A DNA stretch of 64,000 bases from Candidatus Gottesmanbacteria bacterium (GTDB lineage Bacteria > Patescibacteriota > Microgenomatia > UBA10105 > UBA927). Numbering within the stretch: position 1 is the stretch's first letter; every line of letters begins with the position of its first letter. The stretch spans positions 1,925-65,924 of the forward strand of contig JAUXTO010000017.1 in NCBI GenBank assembly GCA_030679255.1, read 5' to 3'. A model generated the notes under the pieces. The model was not told where the DNA came from. It saw only the letters and a program-made list of their open reading frames with translations, and ran no database searches. Made by a program: the position numbers and the translations under genes. Shown here in pieces: positions 48,260 through 57,019 of the stretch.

Positions 48260-49296
48260 ACAAGCATATAAAACATTTCTATTCGGCACTTGATTATTCG
48301 TCGTCCGAAATACAATATCTCGTCAATCTTGCGCTCAAAATGAAATCCGGATCGGTAAAGAAATCGCTCGCCGGAAAAACACTTGGCATGCTTTTCTTTA
48401 ACCCATCGCTCAGAACCAGGGTTTCTTTTGCCGTCGCGATGCTAAAACTTGGCGGATGTGCCATAGATTTGCCAATCAAGGAAAGTTATACGTTTGAATA
48501 CGGCAATGGAATAGTTATGGACAAGAGCACCATTGAACACGTCAAGGACGCGGCTGGGGTGCTCTCCCGCTATTGTGATGCATTGGCAATCAGATCAAGC
48601 GACCTTATCACGACATCATCGGACAGTGTTGAGGTATCCAGTTGGGAAATGTTGAAAAAAGATACCGTTATCAAAAAATTCATGGAGTATGCCACCGTAC
48701 CGGTCATCAATATGGAATCCAACGTCTACCACCCATGCCAGGGTCTGGGAGACGCTTTGACGATCAAAGAAAAATTGGGAAATCCTAAGGGGAAAAAATA
48801 TGTACTCACGTGGGCCTATCATCCCAAAGCGCTCCCCATGGCAACCCCCAATTCTCAAATACTCGCCGCCTGCGACCTGGGCATGGACGTTGTCATCGCC
48901 AATCCTCCGGGCTGGGAGCTGGAACCATCGATAATAAACGCCATGGCGCTCAGAGCCAAACAAAGTGGCGGCTCGCTTGCCTTCAGTGATTCTATGAATG
49001 AAGCAATTAAGGGAAGCGACGTGGTTTGCGCCAAAAGCTGGGGAGCATTAAAATGCTATGGTAATTGGTCAGAAGAAAAAAAATTAAGAGATCAGCTAAA
49101 ACATTGGATCGTGACCAAAGAAAAAATGTCACTCACTCATCACGCCCTCTTTATGCACTGCTTGCCCGTCAGAAGAAACGTGGAGGCAACCGAAGAAGTA
49201 CTCGATAGTAAAAATTCAGTCATCCTGGATGAAGCGGAAAATAGAATGTGGGCCCAAATGGCGATACTCGAAACAGTATTAGGAGAAACAGTATGA
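48256..49296 (+). CDS. argF: N-acyl(acetyl/succinyl)-ornithine carbamoyltransferase (ArgF')
   Basis: FFNPSLRTR, EHVKD, INMES..HPCQ, WAYHPKALP, KSWG, HCLPVRRNVE, EAENR. Confidence 0.88.
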   Translation: MNKHIKHFYSALDYSSSEIQYLVNLALKMKSGSVKKSLAGKTLGMLFFNPSLRTRVSFAVAMLKLGGCAIDLPIKESYTFEYGNGIVMDKSTIEHVKDAAGVLSRYCDALAIRSSDLITTSSDSVEVSSWEMLKKDTVIKKFMEYATVPVINMESNVYHPCQGLGDALTIKEKLGNPKGKKYVLTWAYHPKALPMATPNSQILAACDLGMDVVIANPPGWELEPSIINAMALRAKQSGGSLAFSDSMNEAIKGSDVVCAKSWGALKCYGNWSEEKKLRDQLKHWIVTKEKMSLTHHALFMHCLPVRRNVEATEEVLDSKNSVILDEAENRMWAQMAILETVLGETV

Positions 49297-50789
49297 AAAA
49301 ACCTAACCTTGTGACCGCGGGATTTATCGTTTCAGAAAAACAATTAGCGCTGGACCACCAGATGGTGTCGTATGATATCTGGGGGACACTGGCGCATGTC
49401 CTTATGCTCTATAAAGAAAACATTCTTAAGAAAGAGTTCGTCAAGCCCATCCTTCAAGCGCTCACTGATATACAAAAAGAAGTGGATGCGGATCAGTTCA
49501 CGATCGACCCAAAAAAAGGAGCGCAACTTTCTCTGGAAGCAAAAATTGTGGAAAAAGCGGGAGATGCCGGATATAGCGTGCACACCGGAAGGAGTAGAAA
49601 CGATCAAGTGATGGTGACCGAACAGCTTTATCTTCGCGACACAATGATCGGGCTCATTGAAAACACGCAGCCAGTTCTTGCGGCACTTCTATCACTCGCA
49701 AAAAAACATCAAGGAACGGTTATGCCGGGCTACACACATATGCAACCGGCCAAGGCAACAAGTTTTGGCCAGTGGGCACTTGCGTATCTTCATGGATTTA
49801 CGAGAGCAATAAAAACCATTACGGACCAATACGAAACGTATAATCTCTGTCCATTGGGTGCATGTGAATCCTATGGAACGAGCTGGCCGCTCGACCGCAC
49901 CTATACCGCGGACCTTCTTGGTTTTCCCAAGGTTTGGGAAATACCGCAGGATGTCGTATCGTCCAGAGGATTTGTGCAACTTGGATATCTGACGGGCATG
50001 CGGGACATCTGCCTGGTAGCGAGTAAACTTGCCCAGGATCTCCTGCTGTTTACGACATTTGAATACGGCATGATAAATCTTGGAGACGACGTCGCTCAGC
50101 GTATGCATCCAATTACCGGTTCGTCCGTCATGGCACAAAAGAAAAACCCTGACGCGTTGGAACTCGTGCGCGCAACAGCACCCCAACTCATAGGATTCAC
50201 GTCGATAGTTGGTAATATTCTGTCCGGGTTACCCATGGGATATAACCGGGATAGCCGCGAGGTGAAAGAATATATTGACCTGGGATTATCAAAAACATTA
50301 TCTATGGTGGGGACGCTTGCATCCGTACTCGCGAGCCTGACGGTCAACAAAAAAAGAATGATGGAATTGGTCACCGCAAACTATTCGATGACGACGGACG
50401 TAGCCGATGCTATCTCGCAGTCATCCGGCGTGGGATACAGGCTTGTCTATAAAGTAGTAGGCCAGGTCGTGGACGAATCCATGAAACGCGGAAAACTTCT
50501 GTCTCTTATATCTGCTCAGGATATTATGAAAAAAGCGTCTACGCTAGGCATTACGCTTCGTGTGACGAACACACAACTCAAAGACGCCATGGACCCACAG
50601 AGGGCGCTTGAAAAGCGGACACACATCGGAGGAAGTACCAAAAAAACCATGGCGATATCTCTTGCACACGGACAAACGTTTATCCACGACGCACGCAAAT
50701 GGGTATCGACCAAAAAACAGATGGTGAGCAATGCAAAATCAAAAACATGGGCTATTGCAAAAAAAATTATTGAGGAAGGAACTCTATGA
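49293..50789 (+). CDS. argH: Argininosuccinate lyase
   Basis: HTGRSRNDQ, MPGYTHMQPA, GSSVMAQKKNPDALELVR, GLPMGYNRD. Confidence 0.92.
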   Translation: MKKPNLVTAGFIVSEKQLALDHQMVSYDIWGTLAHVLMLYKENILKKEFVKPILQALTDIQKEVDADQFTIDPKKGAQLSLEAKIVEKAGDAGYSVHTGRSRNDQVMVTEQLYLRDTMIGLIENTQPVLAALLSLAKKHQGTVMPGYTHMQPAKATSFGQWALAYLHGFTRAIKTITDQYETYNLCPLGACESYGTSWPLDRTYTADLLGFPKVWEIPQDVVSSRGFVQLGYLTGMRDICLVASKLAQDLLLFTTFEYGMINLGDDVAQRMHPITGSSVMAQKKNPDALELVRATAPQLIGFTSIVGNILSGLPMGYNRDSREVKEYIDLGLSKTLSMVGTLASVLASLTVNKKRMMELVTANYSMTTDVADAISQSSGVGYRLVYKVVGQVVDESMKRGKLLSLISAQDIMKKASTLGITLRVTNTQLKDAMDPQRALEKRTHIGGSTKKTMAISLAHGQTFIHDARKWVSTKKQMVSNAKSKTWAIAKKIIEEGTL

Positions 50790-51889
50790 GCACACAAACA
50801 TTACTTACTCGTCTCGTAAAGATTCCGTCATATTCCGGCCAGGAACGCGCATTGGCCGCTTTTATCATGGACTGGGCCAGTGCCCACGGTATGCAAACTA
50901 TATTGCAACAGGGCAATGTCATAATTCCATTTGCGGCGCATGCAAACAAGGCGTTAATCTTTAACGCGCACATGGACACGGTGAAACCCGGACAGGAAAA
51001 CCTCTGGACCTATCCTCCATCAGGACAAAACGCCGGTGTCGTAAAGAACGGAAAATTATATGGATTAGGCGCAAGCGATGACAAAGCTGCGATCGCGTCA
51101 TTCCTACTGTTGGCGTTACAACTCCAAGCGTCTCCCCCGCCCATAGATGTGTTTATTGTTTTTGTGACAGGCGAAGAAACGGACGGATCGGGAAGTCAAT
51201 CGTTTGTACAGTATTTTCAAAAAAAATATGCTACGAAGTACCAAAAAGTGGCAGCCATTATCGGCGAACCCACAGACCTTCAAACGATAGAAATTGGTCA
51301 CAGGGGTAATATGTTCTTACAAATTACGACACAGGGCGATGCTGGCCATGGATCTCAACCAAAAAATATCAAGACCCATGCCGTTATAGAAAACATAAAA
51401 GCGATTGAAAAAATTGTTTCGTTGGAAAAATCGTTCATCAATAAATTTTCCGATCCAATACTCGGTAGTCCATCATGTTGTTTAACGGGCATACAAAGCG
51501 ACACTTCATCACCAAACTCAGTGTCTTCCACCTGCTCATCACTGTGGGATGTCAGAACGACCCCAAAAATACATTCCGAAGTTATTCCTCTCATGCAGAA
51601 AGCGCTGGGAAAAACCGTTGAAATAACCCTCGTTGGGAAACCCGCGTCCTTTGGGTTTACCAAGCCGGATTCTAAAATCGTAACAAAACTCAAGGAGCTT
51701 ATTCCGAGTGTGAAGGTTGCCATCTCCCCCGGCTCCAATGACATTTGTGCCTTTACTGCCGCAGGAATCAGCGCTGTTACATTTGGACCCGGCCAAAAAG
51801 ATACTATACATAAACCCGATGAGTACGTACAATTACAAAAAATTGACGATGCAGTTGATGTATATAAACAGCTCATCTACTCGTGGTAA
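50786..51889 (+). CDS. M20 metallo-deacylase (ArgE/DapE-like)
   Basis: FNAHMDTV, LYGLGASDDK, GEE, IIGEPT, FGPG....IHKPDE. Confidence 0.88.
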   Translation: MSTQTLLTRLVKIPSYSGQERALAAFIMDWASAHGMQTILQQGNVIIPFAAHANKALIFNAHMDTVKPGQENLWTYPPSGQNAGVVKNGKLYGLGASDDKAAIASFLLLALQLQASPPPIDVFIVFVTGEETDGSGSQSFVQYFQKKYATKYQKVAAIIGEPTDLQTIEIGHRGNMFLQITTQGDAGHGSQPKNIKTHAVIENIKAIEKIVSLEKSFINKFSDPILGSPSCCLTGIQSDTSSPNSVSSTCSSLWDVRTTPKIHSEVIPLMQKALGKTVEITLVGKPASFGFTKPDSKIVTKLKELIPSVKVAISPGSNDICAFTAAGISAVTFGPGQKDTIHKPDEYVQLQKIDDAVDVYKQLIYSW

Positions 51890-51893
51890 TGCT

Positions 51894-53066
51894 ATGAACA
51901 ATCTAAACAAGCTTCATCTATCCGGTTACGGTCGTGACTTTCTGCGGACGTGGGACAAATCCGCGGATCATCTTAAAGCCACGCTTGCTGTCGCCCAGAC
52001 CTTGCGCGACTGGCACCGCAAAGGAATATCACCAAAAGTTTTTTCCTCCAGCATGGCCGTCTCCATATTCCGCGATAAATCTACGCGCACAAAATACAGC
52101 TACTCTGCAGCGGCAAATTTACTGGGTCTGGAAATTGAAGACCTCGATGAAAAAAAGTCCCAAATCGCTCATGGGGAAACGATTATGGAAACAGTGAACA
52201 TGCTCTCGTTTCTTACGCGTACGATAGGCATCCGCGACGACATCTTTTTAGGGTTGGGCCACAGCTATATGACAGAAGTGGCCCTAGCTGCCGATTGGGG
52301 ATACGCCAATGGCGTACTCGACCAGCGCCCGAGTGTCATCAATCTCCAATGCGACGAGGACCACCCGACGCAATCATTGTCCGATCTTCTCCACCTCTCC
52401 AATTATTTTGGCGGGTTAGATAAGCTCCGTGGGAAAAACCTCACCATGAGTTGGGCCTACTCCCCTTCCTACGGAAAACCCCTGTCCGTGCCGCAGGGAA
52501 TTATTGCCCTCCTCCCCCGCTTTGGCATTAACGTAACCCTTTCCTATCCCAAGGGCTACAACCTCATTCCGGAGATTGAAAGCCTTGCTACGCGGGAAGC
52601 CAAAAAGGACGGCAGCACATTTCGGATCACCCATGACATGAGAGAGGCATTTATAGATGCAGACATCGTCTATCCCAAGTCATGGGCATCGTATGCCGTG
52701 ATGAGTCGCCGCACCGAGCTCTTGAAAAAAAACTATGTGAAGGGGCTTGAACATCTCGAGGGCGAAGCGCTCGCCCAAAATGCGAAACACAAAGACTGGA
52801 CGTGTACCGAAAAACTCATGAAACAAACGCGTAACGGTAATGCGCTCTATATGCACTGTCTCCCTGCCGATATCAGTGGCGTGAGCTGCAAAGAAGGAGA
52901 GGTTGATGCAAAAGTATTTGAAAAATATAAAAAACAAACGTATACCCAGGCCGGCTACAAACCGTATATTATTGCTGCCATGATCCTCCTCACCCAATTT
53001 GGAGAAAAGACACCGAAAATTCTCCGTTCAATCGGACAAAGAAACCAATCGGTCTTCAATTTTTGA
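51894..53066 (+). CDS. ygeW: Knotted carbamoyltransferase, YgeW family
   Basis: FRDKSTRT, SQIAHGET, IGIRDD, LQCDEDHPTQ, WAYSPSYGKPLSVPQG, YPKSW, HCLPADISGVSC, YKPYIIAAM. Confidence 0.88.
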   Translation: MNNLNKLHLSGYGRDFLRTWDKSADHLKATLAVAQTLRDWHRKGISPKVFSSSMAVSIFRDKSTRTKYSYSAAANLLGLEIEDLDEKKSQIAHGETIMETVNMLSFLTRTIGIRDDIFLGLGHSYMTEVALAADWGYANGVLDQRPSVINLQCDEDHPTQSLSDLLHLSNYFGGLDKLRGKNLTMSWAYSPSYGKPLSVPQGIIALLPRFGINVTLSYPKGYNLIPEIESLATREAKKDGSTFRITHDMREAFIDADIVYPKSWASYAVMSRRTELLKKNYVKGLEHLEGEALAQNAKHKDWTCTEKLMKQTRNGNALYMHCLPADISGVSCKEGEVDAKVFEKYKKQTYTQAGYKPYIIAAMILLTQFGEKTPKILRSIGQRNQSVFNF

Positions 53067-53097
53067 CTTTTAACTTTTGACTTTAGACTTTTGACTT
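53060..53097. repeat. Degenerate (TTTTGAC)5 heptamer run between convergent genes
   Basis: TTTTGACTTTTAACTTTTGACTTTAGACTTTTGACTT. Confidence 0.85.
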
Positions 53098-53566
53098 ATG
53101 TATACCTATCCGCCACCTTGCTCGCCGCATAACTTTCCGGCTTAATCTTCACCGCGTACCCTGACCCCCGAATCATACCGACGATCTCCGTGATCATCTC
53201 ACGGGTCTTGCCAAATTGTCCGATATCCACATGAATTTCCACGTCATATTTGGTCACCCCATCTTTATGAAGGAGGGCCACGACCGTCTCTGCCATCTCG
53301 AGAGACATCGTCGCTTCTTCATACATCCGTTGCCGCAGGACGTACTTTTTTTTGATGACGATCCGTTTCCAAAAATAAATACCACCACGTCCCACGCGAT
53401 GCACGACAATCGTCGTGACAAAATCCACACCCGCCGCATTGTGTGGCTGAGAATCGGTCCCAACCACCAACTGATACTTACTTTCGGGGTCCGCAGCAAG
53501 AAACGCGAGGATATGTTCGCGAATTTGAGGTAATTCTAAATTTCCGTAGGTAGGACTTTGGAACAT
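53096..53566 (-). CDS. RNase H-like YkuK (DUF458) family protein
   Basis: VGTDSQ, HRVGRGG, EIHVDIG..GKT, IKPESYAASKVADR. Confidence 0.88.
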   Translation of the reverse strand: MFQSPTYGNLELPQIREHILAFLAADPESKYQLVVGTDSQPHNAAGVDFVTTIVVHRVGRGGIYFWKRIVIKKKYVLRQRMYEEATMSLEMAETVVALLHKDGVTKYDVEIHVDIGQFGKTREMITEIVGMIRGSGYAVKIKPESYAASKVADRYT

Positions 53567-53604
53567 GATGAGCCGTATCGTACCAAAAAAAGCCACCCCC
53601 ACGC

Positions 53605-53638
53605 AAACAACCCCGCCTCATCGGCGGGGTTGTTTTTT
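53605..53638. terminator. Intrinsic terminator hairpin after the RRM gene
   Basis: AAACAACCCCGCC-tcatc-GGCGGGGTTGTTTTTT. Confidence 0.75.
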
Positions 53639-53655
53639 ACGAATTTCTTTTTATC

Positions 53656-53922
53656 TTATCTTCGTGGTCGCTCTTCCCGTGGTCGTGCTTCATTGACAAC
53701 GAGTGCACGTCCTTCGACATCCTTGCCATTGAGCATTTCAATAGCTTTTTTTGTCTCTTCATCGGTTGCCATTTCGACAAATCCGAAGCCTCGTGATTTA
53801 CCGGAATACTTATCCGAGATCACTTTGGCAGACGTGACAGTTCCTGCTTGAGCAAACAACTGCCCCAAGCCGTCGCTGTCCATGGTGTAGGGAAGATTCC
53901 CAACAAATAAATTGGTAGCCAT
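53656..53922 (-). CDS. RRM (RNP-1) RNA-binding protein
   Basis: LFVGNL (RNP2), RGFGFVEM (RNP1), VNEARPREER. Confidence 0.95.
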   Translation of the reverse strand: MATNLFVGNLPYTMDSDGLGQLFAQAGTVTSAKVISDKYSGKSRGFGFVEMATDEETKKAIEMLNGKDVEGRALVVNEARPREERPRR

Positions 53923-54068
53923 ATTTGGATTTCCTTTCTCCTTAGGTCTTGAAGTGGACACGTAAACGCCTAAGGAGCGTTATCGAGAAGTTTCCCGTTA
54001 ATTCTCCCACAGGGATTGGTCACTTGCCTTTGTTCCCAGGACCGCCTGAGTATAGCAGATTACTCAGG

Positions 54069-54171
54069 AATCTACAAATTTCAAATGGCAAATCTACAAG
54101 ATTGAACCATTAAATTATTTGATATTTCGACATTCATTTGTTTATTTGCAGATTTGTAGATTGGTAGATTT
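54069..54171. repeat. Intergenic inverted array AATCTACAA / TTGTAGATT
   Basis: AATCTACAAAT...AAATCTACAAG on the left, ATTTGTAGATTGGTAGATTT on the right. Confidence 0.65.
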
Positions 54172-54172
54172 A

Positions 54173-54823
54173 TCATTCTATAACCACTTCCTCATCTACC
54201 GCCACATCTTCTGACGTAGACGCTGGTTCCGCAGAGGATTCTGATACCGACGTTTTTGGCGCGGCGAATACAAATGTATTGACCATGGTGCCCTGCGTAC
54301 TCGTCCAAAATTCCGCATCTTCAAGCTTCGCTTCGACCGTCCAGACGATCGAATCAAAAACCGTCCCCGTCACCAACATGCGGGTCACTCCTTCAAGTAT
54401 CGCTTTCTTCCCTGGTTTCCCTCCCAACACCGTATCGAGTATGGCCGCCCCGATAAAACGCTTTTCATTTTTTATCCAACTTGCTGCATCGGAGACGCCC
54501 TTTGCAGCATCTTTACCCCATACGACGACATTCCCGGGGTGAGCCGGGTGAGTAAACTCGAGATGTGCATAGTTTTCGCGGTCTTCGTCATGTTTATTAA
54601 CCACCAATCCTTCAGGATACTGAAATGAAAAACCATTGGGATCATTCCAAGTCAGAAGCTTGACGGGAGCTGATGTTGGAGATACTAGCGATACTGGAGA
54701 TACTGCCTGCTGCGTCGAAATCGGAGCATTCACCACGCGGCTTTTTACCCAAACAAGATATCCGGCGCTCAATATTCCTCCGATAAGCAAACCAACGAAT
54801 ATCGGAAGTCCAAATTTCTTCAT
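54173..54823 (-). CDS. Membrane-anchored PsbP-like hypothetical protein
   Basis: N-terminal TM, W.D..GFSFQYP motif. Confidence 0.65.
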   Translation of the reverse strand: MKKFGLPIFVGLLIGGILSAGYLVWVKSRVVNAPISTQQAVSPVSLVSPTSAPVKLLTWNDPNGFSFQYPEGLVVNKHDEDRENYAHLEFTHPAHPGNVVVWGKDAAKGVSDAASWIKNEKRFIGAAILDTVLGGKPGKKAILEGVTRMLVTGTVFDSIVWTVEAKLEDAEFWTSTQGTMVNTFVFAAPKTSVSESSAEPASTSEDVAVDEEVVIE

Positions 54824-54861
54824 TACCTCCTATTATCGGTGTGCTATACTCATAATGCAAT

Positions 54862-55299
54862 ATGAAAACAATCCGTCTCATGTTTATGGTGATCATCGTC
54901 CTCACGTTTTTTCTTCTCTCCGTGCCGGTTCATGCCGCTAAATCCCGGGTGATCAAAAGTGTTCCTGTCGCCCGGGCAAAAGTTGTCGCCGGTGTTTCCT
55001 ATTCCAGTGCCAAGCTATCATCTTCTTCGAGGAGTGTGATCATAACATTCGCCAATCTCGATAAAATCGCCAAGATTTCCTATATGTTAAGTTACTCCGG
55101 GTCCGGCCAGACACAGGGAGTAGGAGGAGCGATCACTCCAAGTGGGACAACCGATAGCCGGGATCTCTACTTTGGTACCTGCAGCAAAGGAGTCTGCACG
55201 CCGCATTCCTCCATAAAAAATGCCGCGCTCACCGTCACCGCAACACTTAAATCCGGCGGCACGAGAACAAAACGCTACACCCTCCGCCCAAAATGGTAA
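54862..55299 (+). CDS. Secreted basic hypothetical protein
   Basis: Signal peptide ending VHA; FGTCSKGVC motif. Confidence 0.72.
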   Translation: MKTIRLMFMVIIVLTFFLLSVPVHAAKSRVIKSVPVARAKVVAGVSYSSAKLSSSSRSVIITFANLDKIAKISYMLSYSGSGQTQGVGGAITPSGTTDSRDLYFGTCSKGVCTPHSSIKNAALTVTATLKSGGTRTKRYTLRPKW

Positions 55300-55356
55300 A
55301 TTTGATGCCGGGGCTTGACTTTATTCTGCGTTTGAGGCCACACTACTAGTAGGTAT

Positions 55357-55656
55357 ATGAAACTTGCTATTGCCATTCTTTCGTTTGCCGTCATCGGAGT
55401 ATTGGGGTATTTTGGTTATAATTATTACCTCTCAGTCCGCCAACCTTCGAGCGAAACATCAGCGAGTACCCCGATCCCCGCGTTTCAAAATCCCTTTGAC
55501 GAATCAAAACCCGCGACATCATTTGGTAAAACGACAACTCCTTCCCCCACCCCCATTAATCCGTTTGCCGAACCAACGACCAGCTATCAAAATCCTTTTT
55601 CCTCCAGTCCATCAGGATCAACCAAATATACAAACCCGTTTGATGCACTGAGATAA
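55357..55656 (+). CDS. Small single-pass protein with four NPF motifs
   Basis: TM followed by a disordered tail with QNPF, INPF, QNPF, TNPF. Confidence 0.72.
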   Translation: MKLAIAILSFAVIGVLGYFGYNYYLSVRQPSSETSASTPIPAFQNPFDESKPATSFGKTTTPSPTPINPFAEPTTSYQNPFSSSPSGSTKYTNPFDALR

Positions 55657-55658
55657 CT

Positions 55659-56954
55659 ATGAAAAAAAACCTGCTCATTTTTCTTTTGCCTTTTGCCGTT
55701 TTCCTTTTTCCGTCTCTGGTCTCCGCTCAGTCCCGCCTTACGTACCCTATCCCCGAACTCGGATATTGCCGTGACGCGAAGGAATGCTCCCTTTATTGCG
55801 AAATTCCCCAAAACAAAGCCACGTGCTGGAGTTATGGGAAGTACAAACTGGAAAGTAATGTTTTGGGAGTCACCACCATAAGTGTGGAAGAGAAGCAGAT
55901 GATGGAAACGAAAGCAAAAGAATACAATATCACTTTCCCCATCGTTGATTTAGGCAATTGTGCCGGACCGCAGGAATGCCGAGACTTCTGCGAAGAGTCG
56001 AGTAATCAAACAACCTGCATGGACTTTGCTAAAAAGAAAGGGTTCCAAAAAGAAGTCGGGCGTCCCGACGGAATGGATCCTAAAAAACGTACCGAACTCA
56101 TGGAAAAGGCTAAAACGGAATTGGGCTGCACGTCCATGGATTCATGTAAAAACATATGTGAAACCGATCAAACCCGTTGTGAAGCGTTTGCCAAAAAAAA
56201 CGGCATATACCAGGGGCCTCCTTCTCAAGAGAAAGAACGGTATAATCCTCAGGAAAAAATGAAACTTATTGACAACGCAAAAGTCGAACTTGGATGCACA
56301 TCCATGGAATCGTGTAAATCTGTCTGTGAGCAAAACCCCGAGCGCTGCATGAACTTTGCCAAAAAACATGGATTTGACCGTCCGGAGCTGCCTGAACGGC
56401 GAGAAAAACAAGAGGAAAATGATGAAATGAATGGCCCGGAAGAAATGGAGATAGAGAGCCGTAAAAAGGAATTCATGGCAGGAAAATGCGACAGTGATGA
56501 CTCATGTAAAAAGTACTGCCAAGAAAATCCCGATGAGTGTCCCGGATTCCGGGGTAACGATCGCAACAGCATCCAACAGCCGTCATCCGGCGTTCAATCA
56601 ATCGGCGGCATGAAAAATTATGTTGGTCCTTCCGGCTGCCGGACTGAAGCTGAATGCAAAAACTGGTGCACCGATCACCCGGAAAAATGTCCGGGGTTTA
56701 CCGAAGGCAAAATACGTGAAGAATCTTCCAAACGCGAGTATGAACTCAAGAAAAAACAAATAGAACAGAATCAAGAAACTCAAAAGCGGCAGTTTGAAAC
56801 GAATCGCGAGATGATGCAACAAAACTACGAGTATCGGCCCCCGAGCGGCGGATCACCAAGCTACCCCTCTACTTCGACACAGCCTGCATATACCGGCACC
56901 TCGCCATCCCAGGGAACTTACACACCGCCTTCCACACAGCCTGCTGCTCCATAA
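55659..56954 (+). CDS. Secreted Cys-rich repeat protein
   Basis: Signal peptide; six C-x5-C-x3-C-x6/7-C units (e.g. LGCTSMESCKSVCEQNPERC); P/S/T-rich tail. Confidence 0.82.
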   Translation: MKKNLLIFLLPFAVFLFPSLVSAQSRLTYPIPELGYCRDAKECSLYCEIPQNKATCWSYGKYKLESNVLGVTTISVEEKQMMETKAKEYNITFPIVDLGNCAGPQECRDFCEESSNQTTCMDFAKKKGFQKEVGRPDGMDPKKRTELMEKAKTELGCTSMDSCKNICETDQTRCEAFAKKNGIYQGPPSQEKERYNPQEKMKLIDNAKVELGCTSMESCKSVCEQNPERCMNFAKKHGFDRPELPERREKQEENDEMNGPEEMEIESRKKEFMAGKCDSDDSCKKYCQENPDECPGFRGNDRNSIQQPSSGVQSIGGMKNYVGPSGCRTEAECKNWCTDHPEKCPGFTEGKIREESSKREYELKKKQIEQNQETQKRQFETNREMMQQNYEYRPPSGGSPSYPSTSTQPAYTGTSPSQGTYTPPSTQPAAP

Positions 56955-56988
56955 AGAAACACAGTTGTGGATCGAAACGTGCAAAAAC

Positions 56989-57019
56989 TAGCTTCGCAAG
57001 GCCAGGCCTTGCGAAGCTA
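56989..57019. terminator. Perfect 15-bp-stem hairpin between convergent genes
   Basis: TAGCTTCGCAAGGCC-A-GGCCTTGCGAAGCTA; could be a repeat element or a bidirectional terminator. Confidence 0.55.
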
